A stretch of DNA of 64,000 bases from contig CM082579.2 in NCBI GenBank assembly GCA_040954595.2, positions 15,662,550 through 15,726,549 on the forward strand, given 5' to 3'. Numbering within the stretch: the stretch's first letter is position 1; each line of letters begins with the position of its first letter. Made by a program: the position numbers and the translations under genes. Source of the stretch: Balanoglossus misakiensis. Lineage: Eukaryota > Animalia > Hemichordata. The notes below the pieces were generated by a model that had not been told where the DNA came from, did no database searches, and saw only the letters and a program-made list of their open reading frames with translations. This document shows, piece after piece, positions 38,632 through 51,200 of this stretch.

Positions 38632-41600
38632 GCTTGCTCGAGACCACGAAAACTAGCAAAATGTCTTTCTTCTGAGAATCAAAATGCTTCTTTGCTCTCG
38701 AGTTAGCTGCAAGTATCTATCCAAAAGCATATACCTTCAGTTTCGCCACAAAATTCACCGATTTCACGTGAAAAAACGATGAAAACTCTGAGCGTGCTAG
38801 AAATCTGCTTCCGTAGATGGCTGACTCTAGCGCCCTCCATCCAGACTGGCGTAAGTTATCAACGGTGATTACGTCGGATTTCCTACGGCCTGGTTTAGCT
38901 GAAGCCCCGGCACTTTAGAGCGGAAACACGCGTACATTGACCACGATGATCAAGTCAGATCTCCTACGGCCTGGCTCGACTAAAACCCCGGCACACCATG
39001 ACAGACACTAGCGTTCGTTAGCAACGTTGATCAAGTCAGATTTCCTACGGCATGGCTTGGCTAAAGCCCTGGCACTCTAGAGCAGAAACACGCCTACAGA
39101 GACCACGTTGATCTACTCACATTTCCTTCGGCCTGGCACGGCTGATGCCCCGTTACTATATATAGGACACAGACTGGCGTAAGTTAACAACGGTAATCAC
39201 GTTGGGTTTCCTACGGCCTGGCTCAGCTGAAGCCCCGGCACTCTAGAGCAGAAACAGGCGTACATTGACCACGTTGATCAAGTCAGATTTCCTACGGCGT
39301 GACTCGGCTGGTGCACCGGCTCTATATGAGACAGACTGGCGTAAGTTATCAACGGTGATTACGTCGGATTTCCTACGGCCTGGTTTAGCTGAAGCCCCGG
39401 CACTTTAGAGCGGAAACACGCGTACATTGACCACGATGATCAAGTCAGATCTCCTACGGCCTGGCTCGACTAAAACCCCGGCACACCATGACAGACACTA
39501 GCGTTCGTTAGCAACGGTGATCAAGTCGGATTTCCTTCGGCCTGGCTCTGCAAAAGACCCGACACTCTAGTACAAAGACGTTGGCTAAGTCGGGCAAACC
39601 GAAGAGGGAAAGTCACAGCTGGTCAATACTCGACATTTGTTCGGGTAGGACTGCATTATTGCCTGTCAATTTATTGAGAAAACCCGAATTAAACCCGGGC
39701 GTTTCAAACACCGACGTTAGTTGGGGGCACGGCCTGCAGTACTGCCGGGTAAGCTGACATCGGCGTACCGCATATAATGTAGGGGGGGGGGGGAACAGAA
39801 CGGTTCAATACTACATTTATTAGATATCAGCTAATTTTCGACAATCATCTAAAATCTAAATCATTTTTTCATATTTGGATATCTGATGATGTATGAAATT
39901 TCCATTATATGTAAAAATGGTGCTGATTATAAAAAATGCACTCTGAATGAGCTGATTTAATACAAAATTGCGTTTTATTCGTTTTTGCACCAAAAAGGTC
40001 ATTTTTAGGTAACACATTCTTTATTTTTTTTAATTCGGTGACCTGATCATATACAAACAATTGCTTGTATGTTAAAAGTTTTTATGACTTTTAAAAGCAG
40101 TGACACTGGCGGCATTCAACACGAAAATAACAATTTTAACCACAATTTGGTCAAAATGGTAAATTTTTGAAAATTACAAAAAATACCTGTTTTCTACATT
40201 TTCGGAAATCTGATGGAGTATAGAATCCTCTTCGTATATATATATCGATACAAATTCCACAAAAAACGGCCAATTTGGCTCAACGCAGACAATTTTTTTT
40301 TAATTCGGTGACCTGATCATATATAAACAATTGCTTGTATGTTAAAAGTTTTTATGACTTTTAAAAGCAGTGACACTGGCGGCATTCAACACGAAAATAA
40401 CAATTTTAGCCACAATTTGGTCAAAATGGTAAATTTTTGAAAATTACAAAAAATACCTGTTTTCTACATTTTCGGAAATCTGATGGAGTATAGAATGCTC
40501 TTCGTATGTATATATCGATACAAATTCCACAAAATACAGTCTAATTTGGCTCACTGCAGACAAAATTGCGTTTTACCAAATTTTCCTTGAAAATGTCATT
40601 TTTAGAAAAAAATAAAAAACCTTTGTTCTTCGAATTTGGTGCCCTGATCATATATGACATGTTGATTGTATGTTAAAACTTTCGACCTCTCCAAAAATGC
40701 AGAGATATTGACGGAATTCAAGAAAAAATAGCCATTTTGGCCATATTTTGACAAAAATGGTAATTTTTTAAAAAATCATAAAAAATTAACTCTTTTCTTC
40801 ATTTTCGGAAATATTATGGAGCATGAAGTGTCGTTCTCTTGTAAAAAGTGCTGCAAATTCCAGAAAAGGTGGTATAATTTGAATCACCCAAGACAAAATT
40901 ACCATTTTCGACTTTTTTTCGAAAAATTGTCTTTTTTACAAAATAAATAAGAATAAATTCTTTTCTTAGTTTCAAACGGGTAGAGATACTTTCCACACGG
41001 ATTTTCTAACATTGAATTCCCGTTCATCAACTCAGATTTCCTACAGCATAAGTCGGCTAAAACCCAGACACTCTAGAGCAGAAACAGTTGCACACTGGTA
41101 ACGTTGAACAAGTCGATTTTTCTACGGCCTGGCTCGGCTAAATCTCCGTCACAATATGACAGACACTAGCGTACGTTAGCAACGGTGATCAAGTCAGATT
41201 TCCTACGGCCTGGTTGAGCTGAAGCCCCGGCACTTTAGAGCGGAAACACGCGTACATTGACCACGATGATCAAGTCAGATCTCCTACGGCCTGGCTCGAC
41301 TAAAACCCCGGCACACCATGACAGACACTAGCGTTCGTTAGCAACGTTGATCAAGTCAGATTTCCTACGGCATGGCTTGGCTAAAGCCCTGGCACTCTAG
41401 AGCAGAAACACGCCTACAGAGACCACGTTGATCTACTCACATTTCCTTCGGCCTGGCACGGCTGATGCCCCGTTACTATATATAGGACACAGACTGGCGT
41501 AAGTTAACAACGGTAATCACGTTGGGTTTCCTACGGCCTGGCTCAGCTGAAGCCCCGGCACTCTAGAGCAGAAACAGGCGTACATTGACCACGTTGATCA

Positions 41601-44600
41601 AGTCAGATTTCCTACGGCGTTACTCGGCTGGTGCACCGGCTCTATATGAGACAGACTGGCGTAAGTTATCAACGGTGATTACGTCGGATTTCCTACGGCC
41701 TGGTTTAGCTGAAGCCCCGGCACTTTAGAGCGGAAACACGCGTACATTGACCACGTTGATCAAGTCAGATCTCCTACGGCCTGGCTCGACTAAAACCCCG
41801 GCACACCATGACAGACACTAGCGTTCGTTAGCAACGGTGATCAAGTCGGATTTCCTTCGGCCTGGCTCTGCAAAAGACCCGACACTCTAGTACAAAGACG
41901 TTGGCTAAGTCGGGCAAACCGAAGAGGGAAAGTCACAGCTGGTCAATACTCGACATTTGTTCGGGTAGGACTGCATTATTGCCTGTCAATTTATTGAGAA
42001 AACCCGAATTAAACCCGGGCGTTTCAAACACCGACGTTAGTTGGGGGCACGGCCTGCAGTACTGCCGGGTAAGCTGACATCGGCGTACCGCATATAATGT
42101 AGGGGGGGGGGGGGGAACAGAACGGTTCAATATTACATTTATTAGATATCAGCTAATTTTCGACAATCATCTAAAATCTAAATCATTTTTTCATATTTGG
42201 ATATCTGATGATGTATGAAATTTCCATTATATGTAAAAATGGTGCTGATTATAAAAAATGCACTCTGAATGAGCTGATTTTTAGTCAAAACATTCTTTAT
42301 TTTTTAATTCGGTGACCTGATCATATATAAACAATTGCTTGTATGTTAAAAGTTTTTATGACTTTTAAAAGCAGTGACACTGGCGGCATTCATCAAGAAA
42401 ATAACAATTTTAGCCACAATTTGGTCAAAATGGTAATTTTTGGAAAGTTACAAAAAATACCTGTTTTCTACATTTTCGGAAATCTGATGGAGTATAGAAT
42501 GCTCGTATGTATATATCGATACAAATTCCACAAAAGACCGTCTAATTTGGCTCACTGCAGACAAAATTGCGTTTTACCAAATTTTCCTTGAAAATGTCAT
42601 TTTTAGAAAAAAAAATAAAAAAACCTTTGTTCTTCGAATTTGGTGCCCTGATCATATATGACATGTTGATTGTATGTTAAAACTCTCGACCACTCCAAAA
42701 ATGCAGAGATATTGACGGAATTCAAGAAAAATAGCCATTTTGGCCATATTTTGACAAAAATGGTAAATTTTTGAAAAATCATAAAAAATTAACTCTTTTC
42801 TTCATTTTCGGAAATATTATGGAGCATGAAGTGTCGTTCTCTTGTAAAAAGTGCTGCAAATTCCAGAAAAGGCGGTATAATTTGAATCACCCAAGACAAA
42901 ATTGCAATTTTTCGACTTTTTTTCGAAAAATTGTCTTTTTTACAAAATAAATAAGAATAAATTCTTTTCTTAGTTTCAAACGGGTAGAGATACTTTCCAC
43001 ACGGGTTTTCTAACATTGAATTCGCGTTCATCAACTCAGATTTCCTACAGCATAAGTCGGCTAAAACCCTGACACTCTAGAGCAGAAACAGTTGCACACT
43101 GGTAACGTTGAACAAGTCGATTTTTCTACGGCCTGGCTCGGCTAAATCTCCGTCACAATATGACAGACACTAGCGTACGTTAGCAACGGTGATCAAGTCA
43201 GATTTTCTACGGCATGGCTTGGATAAAGCCCCGGCACTCTAGAGCAGAAACACGCGTACAGAGACCACGTTGATCAAGTCTGATCTCCTACGGCTTGGCT
43301 CGACCAAAACCCCGGCACACTATGACAGACACTAGCGTTCGTTAGCAACGTTGATCAAGTCAGATTTCCTACGGCATGGCTTGGCTAAAGCCCTGGCACT
43401 CTAGAGCAGAAACACGCGTACAGAGACCACGTTGATCTACTCACATTTCCTTCGGCCTGGCACGGCTGATGCCCCGTTACTATATATAGGACACAGACTG
43501 GCGTAAGTTAACAACGGTAATCACGTCGGGTTTCCTACGGCCTGGCTCAGCTGAAGCCCCGGCACTCTAGAGCAGAAACAGGCGTACATTGACCACGTTG
43601 ATCAAGTCAGATTTCCTACGGCGTGACTCGGCTGGTGCACCGGCTCTATATGACACAGACAGGCGTAAGTTATCAACGGTGATTACGTCGGATTTCCTAC
43701 GGCCTGGTTTAGCTGAAGCCCCGGCACTTTAGAGCGGAAACACGCGTACATTGACCACGATGATCAAGTCAGATCTCCTACGGCCTGGCTCGACTAAAAC
43801 CCCGGCACTCCATGACAGACACTAGCGTTCGTTAGCAACGGTGATCAAGTCGGATTTCCTTCGGCCTGGCTCTGCAAAACACCCGACACTCTAGTACAAA
43901 GACGTTGGCTAAGTCGGGCAAACCGAAGAGGGGAAGTCACAGCGGGTCAACACTCGACATTTGTTCGGGTAGGACTGCATTATTGTCTGTCAATTTATAG
44001 AGGAAGCCCGAATTTAACCAGGGCGTTTCCAACACCGATGTTAGTTGGGGGCACGGCCTGCAGTACTGCCGGGTAAGCTGACATCGGCGTACCGCATATA
44101 ATGTAAGGGGGGGGGGGGACGGAACGGTTCAATACTACATTTATTAGATATCAGCTAATTTTGGACAATCATCTAAAATCTAAATCATTTTTTCATATTT
44201 GGATATCTGATAATGTAGGAAATTTCCATTATATGTAAAAATGGTGCTGATTATAAAAAATGCACTCTGAATGAGCTGATTTAATACAAAATTGCGTTTT
44301 ATTCGTTTTTGCACCAAAAAGATCATTTTTAGGCAAAACTTTCTTTATTTTTTTAATTCGGTGACCTGATCATATATAAACAATTGCTTGTATGTTAAAA
44401 GTTTTTCTGACTTTTAAAAGCAGTGACACTGGCGGCATTCAACACGAAAATAACAATTTTAGCCACAATTTGGTCAAAATGGTAAATTTTTGAAAATTAT
44501 AAAAAATACCTGTTTTCTACATTTTCGGAAATCTTATGGAGTATAGAATGCTCTTCGTATGTATATATCGATACAAATTCCACAAAAGACCGTCTAATTT

Positions 44601-46898
44601 GGCTCACTGCAGACAAAATTGCGTTTTACCAAATTTTCCTTGAAAATGTCATTTTTAGAAAAACAAATAAAAAAACCTTTGTTCTTCGAATTTGGTGCCC
44701 TGATCATATATGACATGTTGATTGTATGTTAAAACTTTCGACCACTCCAAAAATGCAGAGATATTGACGGAATTCAAGAAAAAATAGCCATTTTGGCCAT
44801 ATTTTGACAAAAATGGTAAATTTTTAAAAAATCATAAAAAATTAACTCTTTTCTTCATTTTCGGAAATATTATGGAGCATGAAGTGTCGTTCTCTTGTAA
44901 AAAGTGCTGCAAATTCCAGAAAAGGCGGTATAATTTGAATCACCCAAGACAAAATTACCATTTTCGACTTTTTTTCGAAAAATTGTCTTTTTTACAAAAT
45001 AAATAAGAATAAATTCTTTTCTTAGTTTCAAACGGGTAGAGATACTTTCCACACGGGTTTCCTAACATTGACTTCCCGTTCATCAACTCAGATTTCCTAC
45101 AGCATAAGTCGGCTAAAACCCTGACACTCTAGAGCAGAAACAGTTGCACACTGGAAACGTTGAACAAGTCGATTTTTCTACGGCCTGGCTCGGCTAAATC
45201 TCCGTCACAATATGACAGACACTAGCGTACGTTAGCAACGGTGATCAAGTGAGATTTCCTACGGCATGGCTTGGCTAAAGCCCTGGCACTCTAGAGCAGA
45301 AACACGCGTACAGAGACCACGTTGATCTACTCACATTTCCTTCGGCCTGGCACGGCTGATGCCCCGGCACTATATATAGGACACAGACTGGCGTAAGTTA
45401 ACAACGGTAATCACGTCGGGTTTCCTACGGCCTGGCTCAGCTGAAGCCCCGGCACTCTAGAGCAGAAACACGCGTACAGAGACCACGTTGATCAAGTCTG
45501 ATCTCCTACGGCTTGGCTCGACTAAAACCCCGGCACACTATGACAGACACTAGCGTTCGTTAGCAACGTTGATCAAGTCAGATTTCCTACGGCTTGGCTT
45601 GGCTAAAACCCTGGCACTCTAGAGCAGAAACACGCGTACAGAGACCACGTTGATCTACTCACATTTCCTTCGGCCTGGCACGGCTGATGCCCCGGCACTA
45701 TATATAGGACACAGACTGGCGTAAGTTAACAACGGTAATCACGTCGGGTTTCCTACGGCCTGGCTCAGCTGAAGCCCCGGCACTCTAGAGCAGAAACACG
45801 CGTACAGAGACCACGTTGATCAAGTCTGATCTCCTACGGCTTGGCTCGACTAAAACCCCGGCACACTATGACAGACACTAGCGTTCGTTAGCAACGTTGA
45901 TCAAGTCAGATTTCCTACGGCTTGGCTTGGCTAAAACCCTGGCACTCTAGAGCGGAAACACGCGTACAGAGACCACGTTAATCTACTCACATTTCTTTCG
46001 GCCTGGCACGGCTGATGCCCCGGCACTATATATATGACACAGACTGGCGTAAGTTAACAACGGTAATCACGTCGGGTTTCCTACGGCATGGCTCAGCTGA
46101 AGCCCCGGCACTCTAGAGCAGAAACAGGCGTACATTGACCACGTTGATCAAGTCAGATTTCCTACGGCCTGGCTCGACTAAAACCCCGGCACACCATGAC
46201 AGACACTAGCGTTCGTTAGCAACGGTGATCAAGTCAGATTTTCTACGGCATGGCTTGGATAAAGCCCCGGCACTCTAGAGCAGAAACACGCGTACAGAGA
46301 CCACGTTGATCTACTCACATTTCCTTCGGCCTGACACGGCTGATGCCCCGGCACTATATATAGGACACAGACTGGCGTAAGTTAACAACGGTAATCACGT
46401 CGGGTTTCCTACGGCCTGGCTCAGCTGAAGCCCCGGCGCTCTAGAGCAGAAACAGGCGTACATTGACCACGTTGATCAAGTCAGATTTCCTACGGCGTGA
46501 CTCGGCTGGTGCACCGGCTCTATATGACACAGACTGGCGTAAGTTATCAACGGTGATTACGTCGGATTTCCTACGGCCTGGTTTAGCTGAAGCCCCGGCA
46601 CTTTAGAGCGGAAACACGCGTACATTGACCACGATGATCAAGTCAGATCTTCTACGGCCTGGCTCGACTAAAACCCCGGCACACCATGACAGACTATGGA
46701 AAGCCGTTGGGGACCCCCGACAACTTCTCTCAATACATGGGTAAAGTCCATAGACAAATGATAGGAACGCATATGCTGAAAATATGACGCACATTGGGTG
46801 CCGACGCCGTAATCTAAAATGCCGGTAACAACCAAATTTTTGCCGACACCTTTACTCAATCTACCGGCGCCGACAAAATCACAACCGGTGATTTGATG

Positions 46899-47286
46899 AG
46901 TTCTCGCATCGGCGTTTCTACAGAGTTGTCGCATCGGCGTTTCAGCTAGAGTTTTCTCGCATCGGCGTTTCTGGAGAGTTTTCTCGCACCGGCATTCTAC
47001 ACATGCGCATTGGCGTTTCAGCTAAAGAGTTTTCTCGCATCGGCGTTTCTGGAGAGTTTTGTCGCACCGGCATTCTACACATGCGCATTGGCGTTTCAGC
47101 TAAAGAGTTTTCTCGCATCGGCGTTTCTGGAGAGTTTTGTCGCGCCGGCATTCTACACATGCGCATTGGCGTTTCAGCTAAAGAGTTTTCTCGCATCGGC
47201 GTTTCTGGAGAGTTTTGTCGCGCCGGCATTCTACACATGCGCATTGGCGTTTCAGCTAAAGAGTTTTCTCGCATCGGCGTTTTCTC
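46899..47286. repeat. 78-bp subterminal tandem repeat (~4.5 copies) built from ~26-bp CGCA(T/C)(C/T)GGC subunits
   Basis: TTTTCTCGCATCGGCGTTTCTGGAGAG..CATGCGCATTGGCGTTTCAGCTAAAGAG repeated; 26-aa periodicity in the ORF track. Confidence 0.92.
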
Positions 47287-47294
47287 TGATTTTC

Positions 47295-47356
47295 TGAGCA
47301 TGCGCAGTCACCACTGCAAACAGAACTTGTGGAGCGAAGTTGTAGTGAAGGTAAGA
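47295..47356 (+). promoter_or_regulatory. Putative promoter/TSS and non-coding exon 1 with strong splice donor AAG|GTAAGA at 47350/47351
   Basis: NRF1-like GCATGCGCA at ~47298 downstream of CpG-rich repeats; consensus donor; both downstream genes start just after acceptors. Confidence 0.45.
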
Positions 47357-49362
47357 AAAGTTATGTTCGTTTGTCAAGTCTTTTCCGCTAGTTTCCTGCG
47401 AATTCACTGTCTCGTCTGTGTTATCTTTTTTTAAATAACTGTTTCCTAAACTCTTTTCGTGAAAAATTCTCTGGTTAGTTTACGTATTTCAGCCGATCAT
47501 CCACAGAGAAAGTTCTCAACTTGAAATGATTGCTATTGATATGCTAATATGGCGCTCGCACGAAGTTAACTGAATGTCCATTTTGGGTGAGGGTCAGAGT
47601 TCGCTGGCTGGCTGTGTGGAAATCTTACTGGTACTCCTTGGAAAAGTGGCTGCAATTTGTAAACGGACAAAAAATTTTGTTCAGGAATTTAGTTTGGGAA
47701 CAGAAAATAGTCAGTTCAGGGAGGTATAGGTCATTTTTTACTGTTCAAATGTTAACCCAAGTTGGGTTCCTGTTGGGAGTCCATAGCTGTTTGTTTTATG
47801 AGCCTACAGATAGTGAAACTGATAGTGACACAGCTGAAAAAACATGGGTTGATCACATTATTGGTTGGTTTCTATGGACACCTGCATTTCAATTAGATGT
47901 GATGTTCTTGTTTTCATGTATAATGTTTGCCCCAATTTCGACTATGATATTTCACACTTGAATAAGGTATGATAAAATAAACAAATTTTGACAGTTAAGT
48001 TTACTACAGAAATTAAATTAAAAGAAACTTCATCAAGTCATAGAAGTCGCCAGATTTCATAACCGTTCATAGATTCCTGTCTGGGACAAATATAACCCAA
48101 TTTGTTTCCATGTTTTTTGTTTTTCTAGTATTGATGCGATAAGCCTGTTGTATATGTAATACTTGTCTGTGCAATTTTTGAGAACAATTCACCACTGCAA
48201 ACAGAACTTGTGGAGCGAAGTTGTAGTGAAGGTAAGAACAGTTATGTTCGTTTGCTAGTCTTTTCCGCTAGTTTCCTGCGAATCCACTGTCTCGTCTGTG
48301 TTATCTTTTTTAATTTACTGTTTCCTAAACTCTTTTCGTGAACAAATTCTCTGGTTAGTTTACGTATTTCAGCCGATCATCCACAGAGAAAGTTCTCAAC
48401 TTGAAATGATTGCTATTGATATGCTAATATGGCGCTCGCACGAAGTTAACTAAATGTCCATTTTGGGTGAGGGTCAGAGTTCGCTGGCTGGCTGTGTGGA
48501 AATCTAACTGGTACTCCTTGGAAAAGTGGCTGCAATTTGTAAACGGACAAGAAATTTTGTTCAGGAATTTAGTTTGGGAACAGAAAATAGTCAGTTCAGG
48601 GAGGTATAGGTCATTTTTTACTGTTCAAATGTTAACCCAAGTTGGGTTCCTGTTGGGAGTCCATAGCTGTTTGTTTTATGAGCCTACAGATAGTGAAACT
48701 GATAGTGACACAGCTGAAAAAACATGGGTTGATTACATTATTGGTTGGTTTCTATGGACACCTGCATTTCAATTAGATGTGGTGTTCTTGTTTTCATGTA
48801 TAATGTTTGCACCTAAAGTGGTAAATTTAGGAACAAGTCTGCAGACCTTTTTCAGCAACAGTCAAAACGCAACTGTGTCATAATAATGCACTGGAATATG
48901 TTGAAAAGCTGAAAAAAAGAGAGTTCAACATAATTTAGAAAAGAACAAAAAGAAATGTAACAGATGATATACACTGTCATGGAATCTCCATGAATTTGAT
49001 TGAACTCTTTATTTGAACTTTGACTTTTCTTTCTAATGACATTCATGTAAATTTACATGATTTATTCCGATTTACCAACCAATTTATAAACTGTAATTTT
49101 TTTCACTATAATGCCCCAATTTCGACTATGATATTTCACATTTGAATAAGGTATGATAAAATAAACAACTTTTGACAGTTAAGTTTACTACAGAAATTAA
49201 AAGAAACTTCATCAAGAAGTCGCCAGATTTCATAACCGTTCATAGATTTCTGTCTGGGACAAATATAACCCAATTTGTTTCCATGTTTATTTGTTTTTCT
49301 AGTTTTGATGCAATAAGCCTGTTGTATATGTAATACTTGTCTGTGCAATTTTTGAGAACAAT
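47308..49362 (+). repeat. Local tandem duplication (47308-48188 vs 48189-49362; copy 1 lacks ~300 bp) including a putative non-coding first exon
   Basis: TCACCACTGCAAACAGAAC..GAAG|GTAAGA present twice; ORFs 47587 and 48467 near-identical. Confidence 0.88.
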
Positions 49363-49533
49363 TAGAATTTCCTACCAAAATGGTAATAAACTGATAAAAT
49401 GAACAATCTAACAATTCAGATATTTTCCAATATAATTAGGATACAGTTAGGCCCTGAGCTATTCAGTTTGTGTCGATATACAACTAAACTGATACAATAC
49501 TGGTGTTATACCTTTGTTACACTTGCAGACATC

Positions 49534-50820
49534 ATGTTACTGGCCCAAAAATTGCAAACTTGATATAGAAACCAAGACACTGTAGCAAATGATGTCATCC
49601 TTCGCTTCAGAGATGGTCAGACGAGAAGGGCCCATTCATTGGTGTTGTGTCTTTTTTCGGATGTGTTTGCCGCCCGTTTGCATTCGGAATGGGCCAACGA
49701 CAAAACCATTGATTGTTCTGACTTTGATCCCTTACTCATGCAAAATGTCATTGATGATTTTTATTTTGAAAAGTTAAATATTACAAGTGAAAATGTTGAA
49801 GATTATGTGGAGATATGTAACTTTTACATGATAAATTCTTTAAAAGAGAAATGTGAATCATTTTTAATTTCCAACATTGTAACTTCCCGCAGTATTAGAG
49901 ACCTTGTATTTTGTCAGAAATACCAGTTAGATAGTACTTTTGAACACTGTCTGTCAATAATTGATCAGAATAGTGTTAAACTGTTTAATTCTGAGCAAGT
50001 TTTGGAAGATTTTCTTCAACTTCCTGAAAGCATAGTTGTAAAAATAATTCAGCGTCAGACGCTTTCGGTAAAGGAAGACACACTTTTGAATGCATTGTTT
50101 TTATGGGTGGAAAGGAAACTTCAGGGTGTCAATGGCAATGATATGGATGCCCCCTTTTGTTTTGAGCCATTTCTTCCCCACATCCGTTTCTTGTCGTTAA
50201 GTGAAGAAAGTATTCATCGACTAATTTCTGAACAAATTTTGTGTTATGAAGATGTCTTCCAGATATTAAAAGCAGTTCGACATCCTGGATGCAATTTTCC
50301 TGTTCCTGGTTATGTGGATGTAATCACAAGAAATGTGGTTCCAAATAATGCCATTGTGGCGCGGCGTTTCATCAATGAAAAAAATCCAAACACATGGAAA
50401 GGAAACCAATTTGAGGGTGACAGGATTTCCTTTTCAGTGGATGTTCCTGTCTCACTGCTAGGTGTTTATGTGTTTGGAAATACAGATGAAAGTGTCCATG
50501 CTCATGTCACAATATTAAATCATCAACAAGCTGTTGTGTACAATACAGAAGCCTCAAACACTTCCCCCCAGATTACCTTTCCTGTTGTCTTCAGTAAGCT
50601 GATTAAAATCCAACCCAATGTAGATTATTCAGTTGTCTGTCAAATCAGAGGAAATAAAGAAACATCATTCGGGTCATGTGGGATCTCTCGCCGAAGAATC
50701 ACAACATTAAAAAGTACTGATTTCTGGGTGACATTTAAAAATTTCAGTATGCAAGGTCTGAGCAATGGCACAGATGTCAGTCAGGGGCAAATCTCATCAC
50801 TAATATTCTTTGATATATAA
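49534..50820 (+). CDS. BTB-BACK-PHR protein (BTBD1/2/3/6-like Cullin-3 adaptor), single coding exon; in-frame TGA at codon 10
   Basis: Acceptor TTGCAG| at 49528, ATG at 49534 in frame with ORF 49639. BTB start NDVILRFRDGQTRRAHSLVLCLFSDVF; BACK motifs FLQLP, EDTLLNALFLW, HIRF; PHR motifs RRF..W..DRISFSVD..LLGVYVFG and SNGTDVSQGQISSLIF. Confidence 0.85.
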
Positions 50821-50929
50821 ATAAAGGTGTTGTTTGGCAGGACATGGTGTATTGGTTTCTGGCACCCATCTTGACTGAAAGAATTTTGATGAAATCAATT
50901 TGTAATTCTTGAGGGATGATATGTGTTTT

Positions 50930-51200
50930 ACCAGGTCCCATTTGGTATATGCATATATACCATTGGAACCTTATGGGATTGGTTGCGTCTGTAATAGTAT
51001 TTATCAGAAATTTCATTTGAGGGTGTGCATCAGATGTAGTTTCCTTGATTTTGTTTTTCAAATCAAGGGGAAGAAATCAATTGTATATTTTTGGGATGAT
51101 TTAGGACATTCTTGGTCAAAAAATATTTCTCAAAAGCCTCTACCCTGATTGCTTTGAAATTTGCAGACCCTTTAATGAAAGTGTAGATTTCGTATTCTTG
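50930..51200 (+). mobile_element. Degenerate 5' end of a HINE-like element (right boundary uncertain)
   Basis: AGGTCCCATTTGGTATAT..ATATACCATTGGAACCTTATGGGAT resembles the terminus at 54461. Confidence 0.4.

Larger units (their letters stand above)
33818..38841 (-). mobile_element. Full-length Tx1-clade (L1 group) non-LTR retrotransposon
   Basis: 20-nt poly(A) tail (T-run 33818-33837); 13-bp TSD CAGACTGGCGTAA at 33805-33817 and 38842-38854; ORF1 plus EN-RT ORF2. Confidence 0.93.
2081..46694. repeat. Tandem macrosatellite, monomer ~2.05 kb (12 poly-G-containing units plus partial units), interrupted by TEs
   Basis: Anchor ATAAATTCTTTTCTTAGTTT recurs at ~2081, 4131, 6722, 8760, 11351, 20390, 22278, 24323, 26368, 28090, 30136, 31214, 33106, 40953, 42957 and 45009. 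Each unit has ~11 81-83-bp subrepeats, a core with GCAGTACTGC and a G-run, and ~330-bp AT-rich subrepeats (ACAAAATT.. at ~3409, 3735, 4071). Confidence 0.95.

Noticed and set aside
46942-47434. Overlapping repeat ORFs on both strands
   Set aside because: Explained by a stop-poor 78-bp tandem repeat.
47587-48883. Paired 124/138-aa ORFs
   Set aside because: GTG starts, no motifs, inside a duplicated putative intron.
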